Shown one piece after another: positions 1 through 9,909 of a stretch of DNA of 22,506 bases. The notes beneath the pieces are model-generated. The model saw only the letters and a program-made list of their open reading frames with translations. It was not told where the DNA came from and searched no databases. The stretch's first letter is position 1. Each line of letters begins with the position of its first letter. The translations under genes were made by a program, and so were the position numbers. Source of the stretch: Octopus sinensis (taxonomy: Eukaryota); assembly GCF_006345805.1 (NCBI RefSeq), contig NW_021836914.1, positions 1-22,506 on the forward strand. Reading direction: 5' to 3'.

Positions 1-240
1 AGATAGATAGATAGATAGAATAGATATAGATATAGATGAGATATACAGATAGATAATAATGATATAGATAGATAGATAGATGGGATAGATAGATAAATTG
101 ATATACAGATAGATAACATAGATAGATATGGATAAATAGACAGGATAGTATATATAAACATATGCATATAGATAGATAAATAGATACGTAGATTGATAGT
201 TGATATGCAGATAGATATATAGATAGATAGACAAATAGAT
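1..240. repeat. Degenerate (AGAT)n microsatellite
   Basis: Interrupted agat/atag units from the window start to about 240. Confidence 0.9.
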
Positions 241-326
241 ATATTCATTCATATACACGAATATATTCAGATATTGAGAAGAGGAGGAACGAGTAAATTA
301 CATAATTACTTATATGCATAAGTATG

Positions 327-344
327 CACACACACACACACACA

Positions 345-398
<54 letters not shown>

Positions 399-561
399 CA
401 TACATATGTGTGTGTGTGTGTGTGGTGTGTATACTTAGCATTAAGTAATTATTGTAATATATATATATATATATATATATAATATACTCCATACATACAT
501 GGCCTATATTACATATTCATATGTAATATATATATATGCATGTAAGAAGCATATATAATTG

Positions 562-633
<72 letters not shown>

Positions 634-650
634 TATATATATACGTAAGC
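327..650. repeat. Compound (CA)n/(TA)n/(TG)n microsatellite
   Basis: Dinucleotide runs visible directly; they generate the IYIY ORF 310..492. Confidence 0.9.
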
Positions 651-1034
651 ACATCATGCCACAGACACACAAGTATCTATAAATATACGCACGCGCGCAC
701 CCCCCTTCAATCCTACATACATATACATAAATATATGGTTCATAATTGTGCTTACAGTGTAATTGAAGTTGGTAGATCTCGACGACCGCTCTATCAGGAC
801 TGTCCCCCCCCCACCCCCTACACGTTCCTCACAGCACATTAGTCGACTACGTGGATATATTTTATTAGGTTACAAGCATATAATTACAACTGTCCTATAC
901 TTCTGATGCAGTAACTTTAATATCCTGCTGTAATAATGCCACCAGTCATAGCAGGAACATGAGCACTGGTGCACGCAGAGAAACATGTTCTAATTATGTA
1001 TGAATGACGGTGAAGAATATACAGGAATATCTAT

Positions 1035-1197
1035 ATAATATATATAATCTATATATATATAATATATATATATTATATATATATATTATAATATATATAT
1101 ATGTATATATAATATAATATATATATTTATATAAATATATATATATACATAAACATACATACATACATATATACAAACACACACACACACAAACATA

Positions 1198-1230
<33 letters not shown>

Positions 1231-1345
1231 ATATATATATAATTTATATAGAGATACTAAGAGAGAGAAACAGAGGTGGGAGAGCCAGACAGACTGAGGA
1301 GACATAGATAAGGATAAGTATAAATATAGGTATATTTGATAAACT

Positions 1346-1381
<36 letters not shown>

Positions 1382-1470
1382 GGTGTGTATATATATATAT
1401 ATACATATGCAAACATACACTGATAGCTAAGTGATTATAGAATATACGTACATTTATCTATATGTACTTA

Positions 1471-1559
<89 letters not shown>

Positions 1560-1605
1560 TATATATATATATATATATATAAAATATAGACAGATATACA
1601 GATAT
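1035..1605. repeat. (TA)n-dominated compound microsatellite block
   Basis: Long interrupted TA runs with CA, TG and TATG sub-arrays and a short purine-rich island at about 1250-1340. Confidence 0.9.
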
Positions 1606-1860
1606 GTAGATGTCTATATGAATGTATGAATATACAGTTACCCGCATACATAAGTAATTATATACATATATACACAAACACATTCTCATAGGCAGACACG
1701 AGTGAGATTCATTAATTTTTCGCGATTCAATTTAATTCCTTATCACTATCAGCAGAAAAAATACTTGCGCGCCTATCACTAAATGTGGTCTTGTATGGGT
1801 GAACTTCATACGTCGAATAAACATAGGTTTATTTGCATATTTTCGTCCCGTTCCTTCATA

Positions 1861-2570
1861 ATCTACCCTGTTATTCAACGCAGCGATGGCCTGGGCGTAC
1901 TAAACGATGTCAATACAAGGGAATATTTTCAGGCAGAGCTATTTCAATATGCAATTTAGTCCCATGGTTCACAGATTGGATTGTTTGAGACAGGCTTGTA
2001 TTTTATCTGCTTTTGAACCTTTTGGGATCACAGGAATGGTTTGTTTGAAATCTCCAATCAAAACTGCAGTGACCCCCACCCATGACAATGTCCTTTCCTC
2101 TAAAATGTTTTGCGCTACAGTCAACAGCCTCAAGTGCTCCACGGTGAGTCCTGGTACATTCATCCCAGACAATCAAGTGTATCTTCCGCAAGACCTTGGC
2201 CTTTGCTAATATCTTAGAAATGTTGCAAATTGGAGTCTCCGTCCTAACTAAATTCAAGGAATCCTTGAATGTAGGATGACCTCTTTCCTCTACCTGTCAA
2301 GATAGTAGCTACTATTCCAGAAGACGCTACCGCCAATGCAGTGCCACCATCTAGACGGACATTTGCTAACAAAAGGTTGATCAAAAGGTCGATCAAATAC
2401 GTCTTGCCAGTACTCCAGGAGCTTTCAAAAAGGAACATACCAGCATTTTCCTCCTCCTGGTTCATTTGAAGGATCCAATTGTAAGCTGTCCGTTGTTCAG
2501 TGAAAAGCTTTGACTCATTCTCTGTTACATACTCAGTGTAATATTGAGTGAATTCTTGGTACAAAAGAGT
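1861..2570 (-). pseudogene. Helitron Rep/Hel PIF1-type helicase, N-terminal part (motifs I-III region), frameshifted relic
   Basis: Three successive minus-strand frames give LFTEQRTAY..FLFESSWSTGKTYLI..LLLANVR..ALAVASSGIVATILTG (Walker A region), then TFKDSLNL..CNISK..LIVWDECT..ALEAVD (Walker B), then GGVTAVLIGDFKQTIPVIPKGSKADKIQACLKQSNL*. Shorter remnants KIFPCIDI and AIAALNNRVD (1861-1890) follow. Two frameshifts, one stop and deletions. Confidence 0.92.
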
Positions 2571-2604
2571 AGACGCAAATGGATTTGTGCTACAAAGCTC
2601 AAAG

Positions 2605-3210
2605 AAATATCTGTTAGGCGACTTGTTTCAAAAGTATCCGAAATATGTATTAGAAAATCAATGTACGATATTCAATTAATTGAGAAAAAAGCGTGTAACT
2701 CTGTATGAATTTTTTTTTCTCACACATACACTCGCATAACTACATACCTTACACAAATAGAAAGCCAGGGAAGAATATAAAAAAGGAAAGTACCTTTAGA
2801 AATTCTCTTTTATATCAGAAATCGTCACAACTGTAATGAAATATACATACGTGTGTGTGTGTGTGTGTGTAAATAGCTGGTTACTTAATTACTAAGTTAA
2901 CATTGACAAAACAGGTAAGTCAAAGTGTTAATAAAGTCGAGTTGTACTAAGAATAATCACATGGGATTTAAATATGAAATATCAAGTGTTAATAAGACGA
3001 CTGGTTCCAGAAATGACCGAAATATGTATTGGAAGATCAACGTACGATGCACAGTCCCTCATTAATTAAGAAAAAGGCATCTATCAACGCATGAATTTTG
3101 TTTTCTCACATGAAAGTACCTTTGGAAATTCTCTTTTTTTTATCATTATCCTCACAACTGTAATGATGTCTACATACGTGTGCGTATTTGTTAGCTGGTT
3201 ATTTAACTAC
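2605..3210. repeat. Diverged tandem duplication (copy 1 about 2605-2893, copy 2 about 2977-3210)
   Basis: Collinear shared blocks: ccgaaatatgtatt, atgaatttt..ttctcaca, gaaagtaccttt.gaaattctctttt, tcacaactgtaatga, tacatacgtgtg, tagctggtta. Copy 1 has about 62 extra bp (2724-2785). Confidence 0.85.
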
Positions 3211-3671
3211 TACGTCAGGACGCCATAAATCAAGACGGTATTATTCGTTCCTAGGCCAAATTATTGACGTACTCCAAGTATGGTGCAGATTGATCCAGAG
3301 GTTCGAACGTGCACAGGGGATATACAAACAGAATATATATATATAGTTGGTTCGTCTGAGGTTACTCAAATCAGATGGGTAGGTTCGATTTTTAGTGCAC
3401 TCAAATTTAAATTTAATGAAATCTTGTGCTGATGAAAGGAATGTTGGAATAGGGATGTATTTCTAGCATCTCTATATCTAACTAACCCAGAAACGCGTTC
3501 ACAAGTAATCAATCTTTCGAGTGAACTTTCGTTACTTTTCCCTCTATACCTACGTGTAATGTTTTTTAGTATACATCATCTGGGAGAATCTTCTTAAAGT
3601 AGAGGAAATAGCTAAATTCTTTGGCTGCTATTTCTAAAAGTTTGGTGTGTGGTAAAACAATTTTTGCTGAA

Positions 3672-3675
<4 letters not shown>

Positions 3676-3729
<54 letters not shown>

Positions 3730-3754
3730 GCATATAGGTATGTATGTATGTGTG

Positions 3755-3795
<41 letters not shown>

Positions 3796-3872
3796 GCATA
3801 TAGGTATGTATGTATGTGTGTATGTATATATATATATAATATATATATATATTATATACATATATATATAAT
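3676..3872. repeat. (TA)n array containing an exact duplicated 32-bp unit
   Basis: tctgcatataggtatgtatgtatgtgtgtatg occurs at 3727-3758 and 3793-3824, separated by (TA)n. Confidence 0.9.
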
Positions 3873-3908
3873 GATGATAATATTAATGCGAAAACGAATT
3901 TCTCTGTA

Positions 3909-4044
3909 TCAGTGTGTCACATATTTTACCTTCCCTCTCTCAATATTCAATGACATTTCTAGTATTCCTCATGTCGGGGTGATAGTAATAGTATGAGCTG
4001 TATTTGTGATAGAGGCGGAGGTGACGCTGATGGTGGTGGTGGTA
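3909..4044 (-). repeat. Left arm of a 136-bp inverted repeat pair (interspersed repeat fragment; continues into GGT-rich sequence to about 4275)
   Basis: Reverse complement of 5246-5381 aligns without gaps, 9 mismatches in 136 bp by manual alignment. Confidence 0.92.
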
Positions 4045-4288
4045 AGCTAGGCGGTCAGTGATTCCGGTGATAGTTAGCAATGTGAAAGACAGTTGTAATG
4101 GTGGTGGAGGGGAAGGCGGCGAAGTGAAAGGTATTGATGATGGTGGTGTCAGGTGTCGGAATGGTGTGTGTATGGCAGTTATGGCGGCGATGGTGATGGT
4201 GCTAGTGGTAGTGATGGTTGAAAACAATCAACAGAAAGACAGTGAGAGAGAGGAAGAAAGAAGTGAAGATGTTAGACAGAAAGAAATT

Positions 4289-4345
4289 GTGCTGACTCCC
4301 AATGATAATACAAAAAATGTTGTTTATCATGCATCTTTGCAATAA
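4289..4345 (+). pseudogene. Extreme C-terminus of a second Helitron helicase copy
   Basis: VLTPNDNTKNVVYHASLQ* matches the typical Helitron helicase ending (..P..KTKNIVY.EAL*) and parallels FYTPINRHTQNIVYLEALNN* at the end of the 4379-4907 fragment. Confidence 0.6.
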
Positions 4346-4378
4346 GTCCCAAGTCGGCAAATTATATCATTGTTTCCG

Positions 4379-4907
4379 TTGCAGCTCTTGCCTGGACAAG
4401 AAGAGTCATTCAAATCCTTCGGCATTGTCACTGATCAGGACCAGGCTGTAGTTTTGCCAACTGAGATCCTGAGCTCTCTACAACCATTTGGAATACCACC
4501 TCACCACTTAACACTTAAAAAGGAACCCGCATCATGATGCTCTGGAATTTGGACCCACTTCGTTTGTGCAATGGCACCATACTGTTGGGGAAATCGATGC
4601 GACCCCATGTACTAAAGGCAACAATTATAACTGGGAACTATAAGTATGAGAAGGTCTTCATTCCACGAATCCCGTTAATCCCATATGACCTTCTCTTTGA
4701 ATTTAAACGGTTCCAGTTCGCAGTGAAACTAAGTTTCACTATGTCAATAAACAAGTCTCAAGGAAACCTCTCAAGGTTGTTGCACATCACCTTGCTTCTC
4801 CCTGGTTCTCTCATGGGCAATTATATGTAGGATGTTCGCGTTTCTTTTATACACCAATTAATAGACACACTCAAAACATCGTATATTTAGAAGCTCTGAA
4901 TAATTAA
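4379..4907 (+). pseudogene. Helitron Rep/Hel PIF1-type helicase, C-terminal part, frameshifted relic
   Basis: LQLLPGQEESFKSF..LPTEILSSLQPFGIPPHHLTLKK, frameshift, IMMLWNLDPLRLCNGT..VFIPRIPLIP..FEFKRFQFAVKLSFTMSINKSQG, frameshift, LKVV..FSHGQLYVGCSR..TQNIVYLEALNN*. These are the hallmark PIF1/Helitron C-terminal motifs. Confidence 0.95.
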
Positions 4908-5245
4908 ACTCTGACCGAGGTTTGGATTTCTTTCAATACGTTTGTTTATACTGACGTCATCTGATAGAATGTTTGTTAAATGTACTTATGAATATGAGGG
5001 GAGTGTCCGCAGGCCGGTTCTTCTCAAATTTATGTATTTTCAGGTTCAACGTGTTTCAAAAGGTACTGACAATTGAAGGTGATTGCAAAGATACAGAACT
5101 ACATATTTTTTTTAACAATCTTAACAGTGAGAACATCGGAAAAAAGTATGCTATTGACATATACAGTTGCTACCTGAGCTAGTTGAGAACTGCATAATCC
5201 ATGTTTCATCCTACTTATAGATTTAAAAGGCATACTTAAATTTCA

Positions 5246-5381
5246 TACCACCACCACCATCAGCGTCACCTCCGTCTCTCTCACAAATATAGTTCATAAT
5301 ATTACTATCACCCCAATATGAGGAATAGTAGAAATGTCATTGAATATTGAGAGAGGGAAGGTAAAATATGTGACACGCTGA
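5246..5381 (+). repeat. Right arm of the 136-bp inverted repeat pair
   Basis: About 93% identical to the reverse complement of 3909-4044. Confidence 0.92.
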
Positions 5382-5880
5382 GTTTCTCTGCTTCCCTGAT
5401 TAATTTTGTCCTTACTGTCGATGGTCAGAAAGAATACCACCCATTACATATTAGTCATTTGAGGCTGATATCAATTTGTGTTTTTATTATGGTAAAAATT
5501 GTTGCAGACCTGACTTCATTTTCTTTTGTGCTGACCGTTCCGCCGCACAGTATAAACTTTCCCTGCTTCTTACTGGCGCAGATGACTGCAACAAAACAAA
5601 ACTTGTCCCCAGACTACTGACGTCAAAGTTATAAATATTTTATATTTGTCTCTATATCATCTGTTGTCTCAATGTCAAATTTATACAACAAGTTGTATAG
5701 TTTCAACAGTTAATGTTTTATATAAGTATTGCAGATTGTTTCAATGTATCAAAAAATGTGAGGGAATGCACTTTATATTGTGTCGACAAAAAACGAAAAC
5801 CAATTTACGACTGCCGAAGCTAATATGTATTTTTCCAACATGCTAAAGAAGAAAGAAAAAACAGGAAAGAAACAAAATCA

Positions 5881-6100
5881 AGCGGAGAGCTGGCGGAGCT
5901 GTTAGTGCTCTGGGTAAACTGCTTACTTACGTTTCTTCCAAACCTTGATATTCTCATTTCAAATCCTACCGAATTCAGCAGTGCCTTTTATCCGTTTGGG
6001 GTTCATGAAATAAATACCAGTTAAGTTCTGGGGTAGACGTGATCCAGAGCTACACGCACCTAAAATTTCAGGTGTTGTGCTTATTGTTGAAAGAAATATT
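5881..6100 (+). mobile_element. tRNA-like SINE family B, diverged near-full copy
   Basis: Head gcggagagctggcggagctgttagtgc, core gccttttatccgtttggggttcatgaaataaataccag..ctggggtagac, tail aaaatttcagg..gtgc..gaaagaaatatt. Collinear with 18903-19117. Confidence 0.75.
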
Positions 6101-6241
6101 CTTTTCTACTTTAGGTAAAAAGACAAGAAATTTTGGAAGAGGGGCCAGTCGATCGACTCCCCAGTACGCAACTAGTACTTAATTTATCGACTCCGAAAGG
6201 ATAAAAGGTAAAGTGGACCTCGGCGGAATTTGTACTCAGAA
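6098..6241 (-). mobile_element. SINE family B, 5'-truncated, well-preserved copy, tail-to-tail with the previous copy
   Basis: ccagtacgcaactagtacttaatttatcgactccgaaaggataaaaggtaaagtggacctcggcggaatttgtactcagaa matches the family core on the minus strand. Confidence 0.9.
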
Positions 6242-6271
6242 ATGTTGAAAGAAATGTTGTTGCAATAAAGG

Positions 6272-6445
6272 TAGTGGGAGAGTCGTTGTCGTATTGGTCA
6301 AAAAGGGCTAGCGATATTTCTTCTCTGTACTTGCGTTCTCAGCTCATATTCCACGGATATCAATATTGCTTTGCTTCATTACGTCGTCGATAAAAGTAGA
6401 ACCCATTGGGTATTGGGGTCGGTGTAGTCCATTCACATCCTGTCC
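6272..6445 (+). mobile_element. SINE family B, highly diverged copy
   Basis: Residual matches: gagagtcgtt, cgttctcagctcatattcc, gtcgataaaagtag, tattggggtcggtgtagtc. Confidence 0.5.
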
Positions 6446-6520
6446 CAACAAATGTTCATCCTTGAGCTTATACTAGAATTACACCATATTTTTGTCACAA
6501 TGGTGCCACGCTTGGGAGAA

Positions 6521-6690
6521 TCGTTAGGGCGTCGGACACAAAATGTTCAGCAGGGTTTCTTCCGAAGCTGTGCGGTCTGAGCTCAAATCACGCCGAGGCC
6601 AACTTAGCATTTTTCATCCTTTCCGGGTCGATAAAATAATATACCAGTCATATACTAGGATTATCCTAATCGATTTACCTCTTCACCTTA
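6521..6690 (+). mobile_element. SINE family B, diverged copy
   Basis: gaatcgttagggcgtcggacacaaaatg..ctgagctcaaatcacgccgaggccaacttagcatttttcatcctttccgggtcgataaaataatataccagtc. Confidence 0.8.
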
Positions 6691-7055
6691 CACTGCTTTT
6701 TGCCAAAAGTGTTTTAATATCCTTCCAACTGGACTTTACTGCAGAAATGAAGAATCAATAAAAGCCTTTACACACCAGATATTAATTAATACATTCCAGT
6801 GAGATGAAAAAAACAAAATGGTAGTATATTTTCTTAATTATAAATATAATATTAAACATGCATGTTTCGGTCCATGTTTATAAATATACACATGGCTGGT
6901 TGTATCGAACACCTTGCCAAACCCGTGTGTATAACATTCATTTATGCTGAAAATATAGAAAGTTGCCAAAATATCCAGACAGGAAATCCCGGTAATTTCT
7001 TTTCTGTTTGATTTTTTTCCCATGTTGAATATTAAACGATATTTAATTTGATTAA

Positions 7056-7110
7056 GGCGGCGCGGCGTGTTGGTGGAATCGTCAGCGCGCCGAGAGACTA
7101 TGGTCTGTCC
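7056..7110 (+). mobile_element. Possible isolated head of SINE family B
   Basis: aggcggcg..ttggtggaatcgtcagcgcgccgag resembles the family head ggcg..agctggca.aa..gttagcac. Confidence 0.35.
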
Positions 7111-7170
7111 AGAGCACTTAGCATTACTTGACACCTTTCGCTCTTTTGACGCCATTACCTCTCATAACCC

Positions 7171-7181
7171 CCTCTCTCCCC

Positions 7182-7213
<32 letters not shown>

Positions 7214-7271
7214 CTATCTATCTCTCTATCTATCTCTCTCTCTCTCTCTATCTCTCTCTCTGTCTCTCTCC
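7171..7271. repeat. (CT)n/(CTAT)n microsatellite
   Basis: Directly visible. Confidence 0.9.
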
Positions 7272-7586
7272 CACATTTCGCCAATTAAATACACGCACGA
7301 TGTAACTGGGTCCTCGCTTCATACTAGTTTCTTTGATAAAGTTCTTTCATTACACTTCAGCGACACTCTGTCCGACGTGTCTTTCTCTATTCAGCTTATA
7401 ACATTTTGGCGTCCTCTTTGATAAAGAAACTACAATAATAATAGTAGAGCTGAAGTGGAGACGGAATAAATGGTGCGTGTTTTTAATTAGCAAAATATGA
7501 CCATCACCAAATATGACAATATTTGTTTTATCTCACGATTGTATTGTTTCATCTCACGATGTATATGTATATATCTATATATATAT

Positions 7587-7822
7587 GAAAAAACAAGTCA
7601 AGATAGAAAATGCTAAAATAATTTTATAAAGAACATTTCAGTACCGGTTTCAGTCATTTGAGACCTTTTCAACTGTAACGATTAAATAATTAAATTTAGA
7701 AAAATTAAAAGAAAAGTTTTTTTAAAAGAATATTTGTATAGTGTTCAAATATAAGTGGCATTTTCCTTGCTTCTGCCTTTCTCTGTCTCTCTTGTTTACA
7801 CTTGTGGTGTTGTTATTATCTA

Positions 7823-7827
<5 letters not shown>
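7587..7827 (-). mobile_element. (TA)n-embedded module, probable Penelope-like pseudo-LTR or retrozyme-like element
   Basis: About 240 bp of unique sequence between TA runs, carrying the hammerhead-like motif at 7635-7679. No RT or GIY-YIG ORF is nearby. Confidence 0.5.
7635..7679 (-). ncRNA. Minimal type I hammerhead-ribozyme-like motif, U3-A8 variant core
   Basis: Minus-strand RNA: GUUACAG-UUGAAAA-GGUC-UCAAAU-GACU-GAAA-CCGG-UA-CUGAAAU. Stems I and II pair, and stem III is the palindrome ACCGGU. Confidence 0.65.
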
Positions 7828-7860
<33 letters not shown>

Positions 7861-7862
7861 AT

Positions 7863-7939
<77 letters not shown>
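7828..7939. repeat. (TA)n followed by (GA)n microsatellite
   Basis: Directly visible. Confidence 0.9.
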
Positions 7940-8964
7940 TGATATATCACTCCCTGTCTCTCACTCTCCCTCTCTCTCGCTCTCCCTCTCTCCCTATTGT
8001 TCACATGCCATGCTTACAGGCGTGAGCAATCATGAATCCGTGTTATGTGTATGTGTGCGTATATTATATATGTATATCTAAGTATGGATAAAGAAAAATG
8101 TATATATATAGATATACAGAGAAAGAGAATGAGAGAGAGAGGGAGAAAGAGAGAGATAGCGGGTTAGAGAGAAAGAGACGGAAAGAGAAAGATCGATAAT
8201 GATACCATTATGAAAGGAACCATTCATTATCATGCTGAAACATATAACGATTTTGCCAAAAATATTTCCACGTTTTCACGTGATACTTCATCTAACTCAT
8301 TCCTCATTAAATATAATATATATCAGACTGGAAAACCCATTCAATCTTTCCCTGCTCTTCTCTCTTACATCTTCTTTGTTTTCTTCTGTGATTCTCTTCT
8401 CCTGGTTGACATTCTGCGGCTTGCGTAATTGAAAAAGTTGAAGTGTCCGAATAATTTAAACACAATCCACAGAAATATATATACCTCTTGTCAGTTCGGA
8501 TAGTTAATTAAAGCCCCTGTTATTAAATTAGTTATTTTGACAGCATAGAATGGCAATAGTCAGCACTCGACATAGATCAGGTCTCATAGAATTTCCTTGG
8601 AGAGTTTCTTTTAAAACACGTGTGAAATATTGCTATCTTACTTCTAAGAATACAATTCTTATTGCAATTTTGAAGGTAATATGAAATTTCAGCGAGTAAA
8701 CAACTGGTTATCTTTCGAAATAATAAGCCCTGCATTAAATGTTGGCGCTCGATAAAGAAACGAGTTTATAATTGCGGGTTCTTCGAAGATATTAATGCTT
8801 AGGAGTCGTATTTCTTCTATTATTAAACGTTTGTCGTCGAAAACTGATGGGTGGATTAATGAAATTTTATTACGTGATTTAAATTTGATTGATATGGAAG
8901 GTCAGAGGGAAAGTGTTTCAGAAATACCCTTTTATCGAACTCAGTACGGCGAATGAATAACAAA

Positions 8965-9113
8965 TGTGGTGGTGGTGGTGGTGGTGGTAGGGTTGGAGGT
9001 GGTGGTGGAGGTGTGTAGGGTTGGTGGTGCTGGTTTGTGTGGAGGTACTGTTGGTGGTGGCGGCGGTGGTGGTGGTGGTGGAGGTGGTGGTGCTGGCGGT
9101 GCTGGTGAAGGTA
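8965..9113. repeat. Interrupted (GGT)n trinucleotide array
   Basis: Directly visible; explains the poly-Gly/Val and poly-His/Pro/Thr ORFs. Confidence 0.9.
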
Positions 9114-9729
9114 GTTTGAATGGGAGTGTTCGTCATCGGCATATCGATGGAAGGGCGAGGCTGGCGTTACGTGATTAGACTCAGAAAAAGTGTGCATTGC
9201 AAATGAAGAATTAACTATTCAGACGCCAACATCTTAAAATGCTATTGAATTATGTGTTGCGCTAAAACGGTGTTGTTATTATATTTAGTTTCTTGAAGAT
9301 CGAAATTGCATTTCAAGAAGAAACTTGAACGGTGCAAGTAAAAATATTGGGTTGTCAGATAAATTCTTTCGTTTTCATTTTTCTTCTACTTGGCATTATG
9401 TCATCAATTGTCTGAAAAGATGTAAACATTATTCAAATTTCAAAAAGTTTCTGAACACAAGTTGTAGAGGAGGAGTTGCGCTACATAAACACCAGAAAAC
9501 AATTGCGATAAAATATTTTTCGTTAATACAAATAAAACAGGAATTAATTGAAATGAAGTAGGAAAATAGATGAGTCAAGTAAGTAAGCGAGTTTCGAGAG
9601 AGATGTCGTAGTGGGAAAATTTAAATAAACAGGAAAAACGAACGAATTTATCTGACAACGTTTGATTGATTTCAAATTTTGTCACAACGCCAGAAATTGT
9701 TTTCTTTTGGTGGTGGTGGTGGTGGTGGT

Positions 9730-9888
9730 GGGGAGTCAATAACCCCAGAAACTTATTAATTTATTTTGACGATCCCGAAAGGTTGAAATGCAGAACCGAC
9801 CTGGGAAGAATTTGTACACAGAATGAAAAGATGGACTAAATGCAGCTAAGCATTTTGCTCGGCACCGGATCGGTTCTGCCAGATCGCC
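9730..9888 (-). mobile_element. SINE family B, copy with head and core
   Basis: Minus strand reads ggcgatctggcagaaccga..gcaaaatgcttagctgcattt..tttcaacctttcgggatcgtcaaaataa..ctggggtta. Confidence 0.8.
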
Positions 9889-9909
9889 ATTTTCCTCCAA
9901 CTTAATGGT

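Noticed and set aside
1907-2209. 100-aa plus-strand ORF
   Set aside because: Antisense shadow of the minus-strand Helitron helicase relic.
2872-2920. Perfect splice donor CAG|GTAAGT at 2914/2915
   Set aside because: No convincing acceptor or recognisable reading frame upstream, and it lies in duplicated repeat-like DNA.
4973-5183. 69-aa ORF with an acceptor-like ttttcag, and a CTAG|T at about 5179-5183 as a possible Helitron 3' end
   Set aside because: The peptide is unrecognisable, and there is no GC-rich hairpin just upstream of the CTAG.
5418-5586. Minus-strand exon-like segment (ttttgttttgttgcag acceptor, ca|gtaagg donor)
   Set aside because: All three frames contain stops. It could only be a non-coding exon, which cannot be supported without RNA data.
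6854-6880. 14-bp palindrome aaacatgcatgttt next to a minus-strand GAAAC, resembling hammerhead stem III
   Set aside because: No CUGANGA-like core or stem II upstream.
8856-9197. His/Pro/Gly-rich ORFs resembling low-complexity protein regions
   Set aside because: Fully explained by the (GGT)n array.
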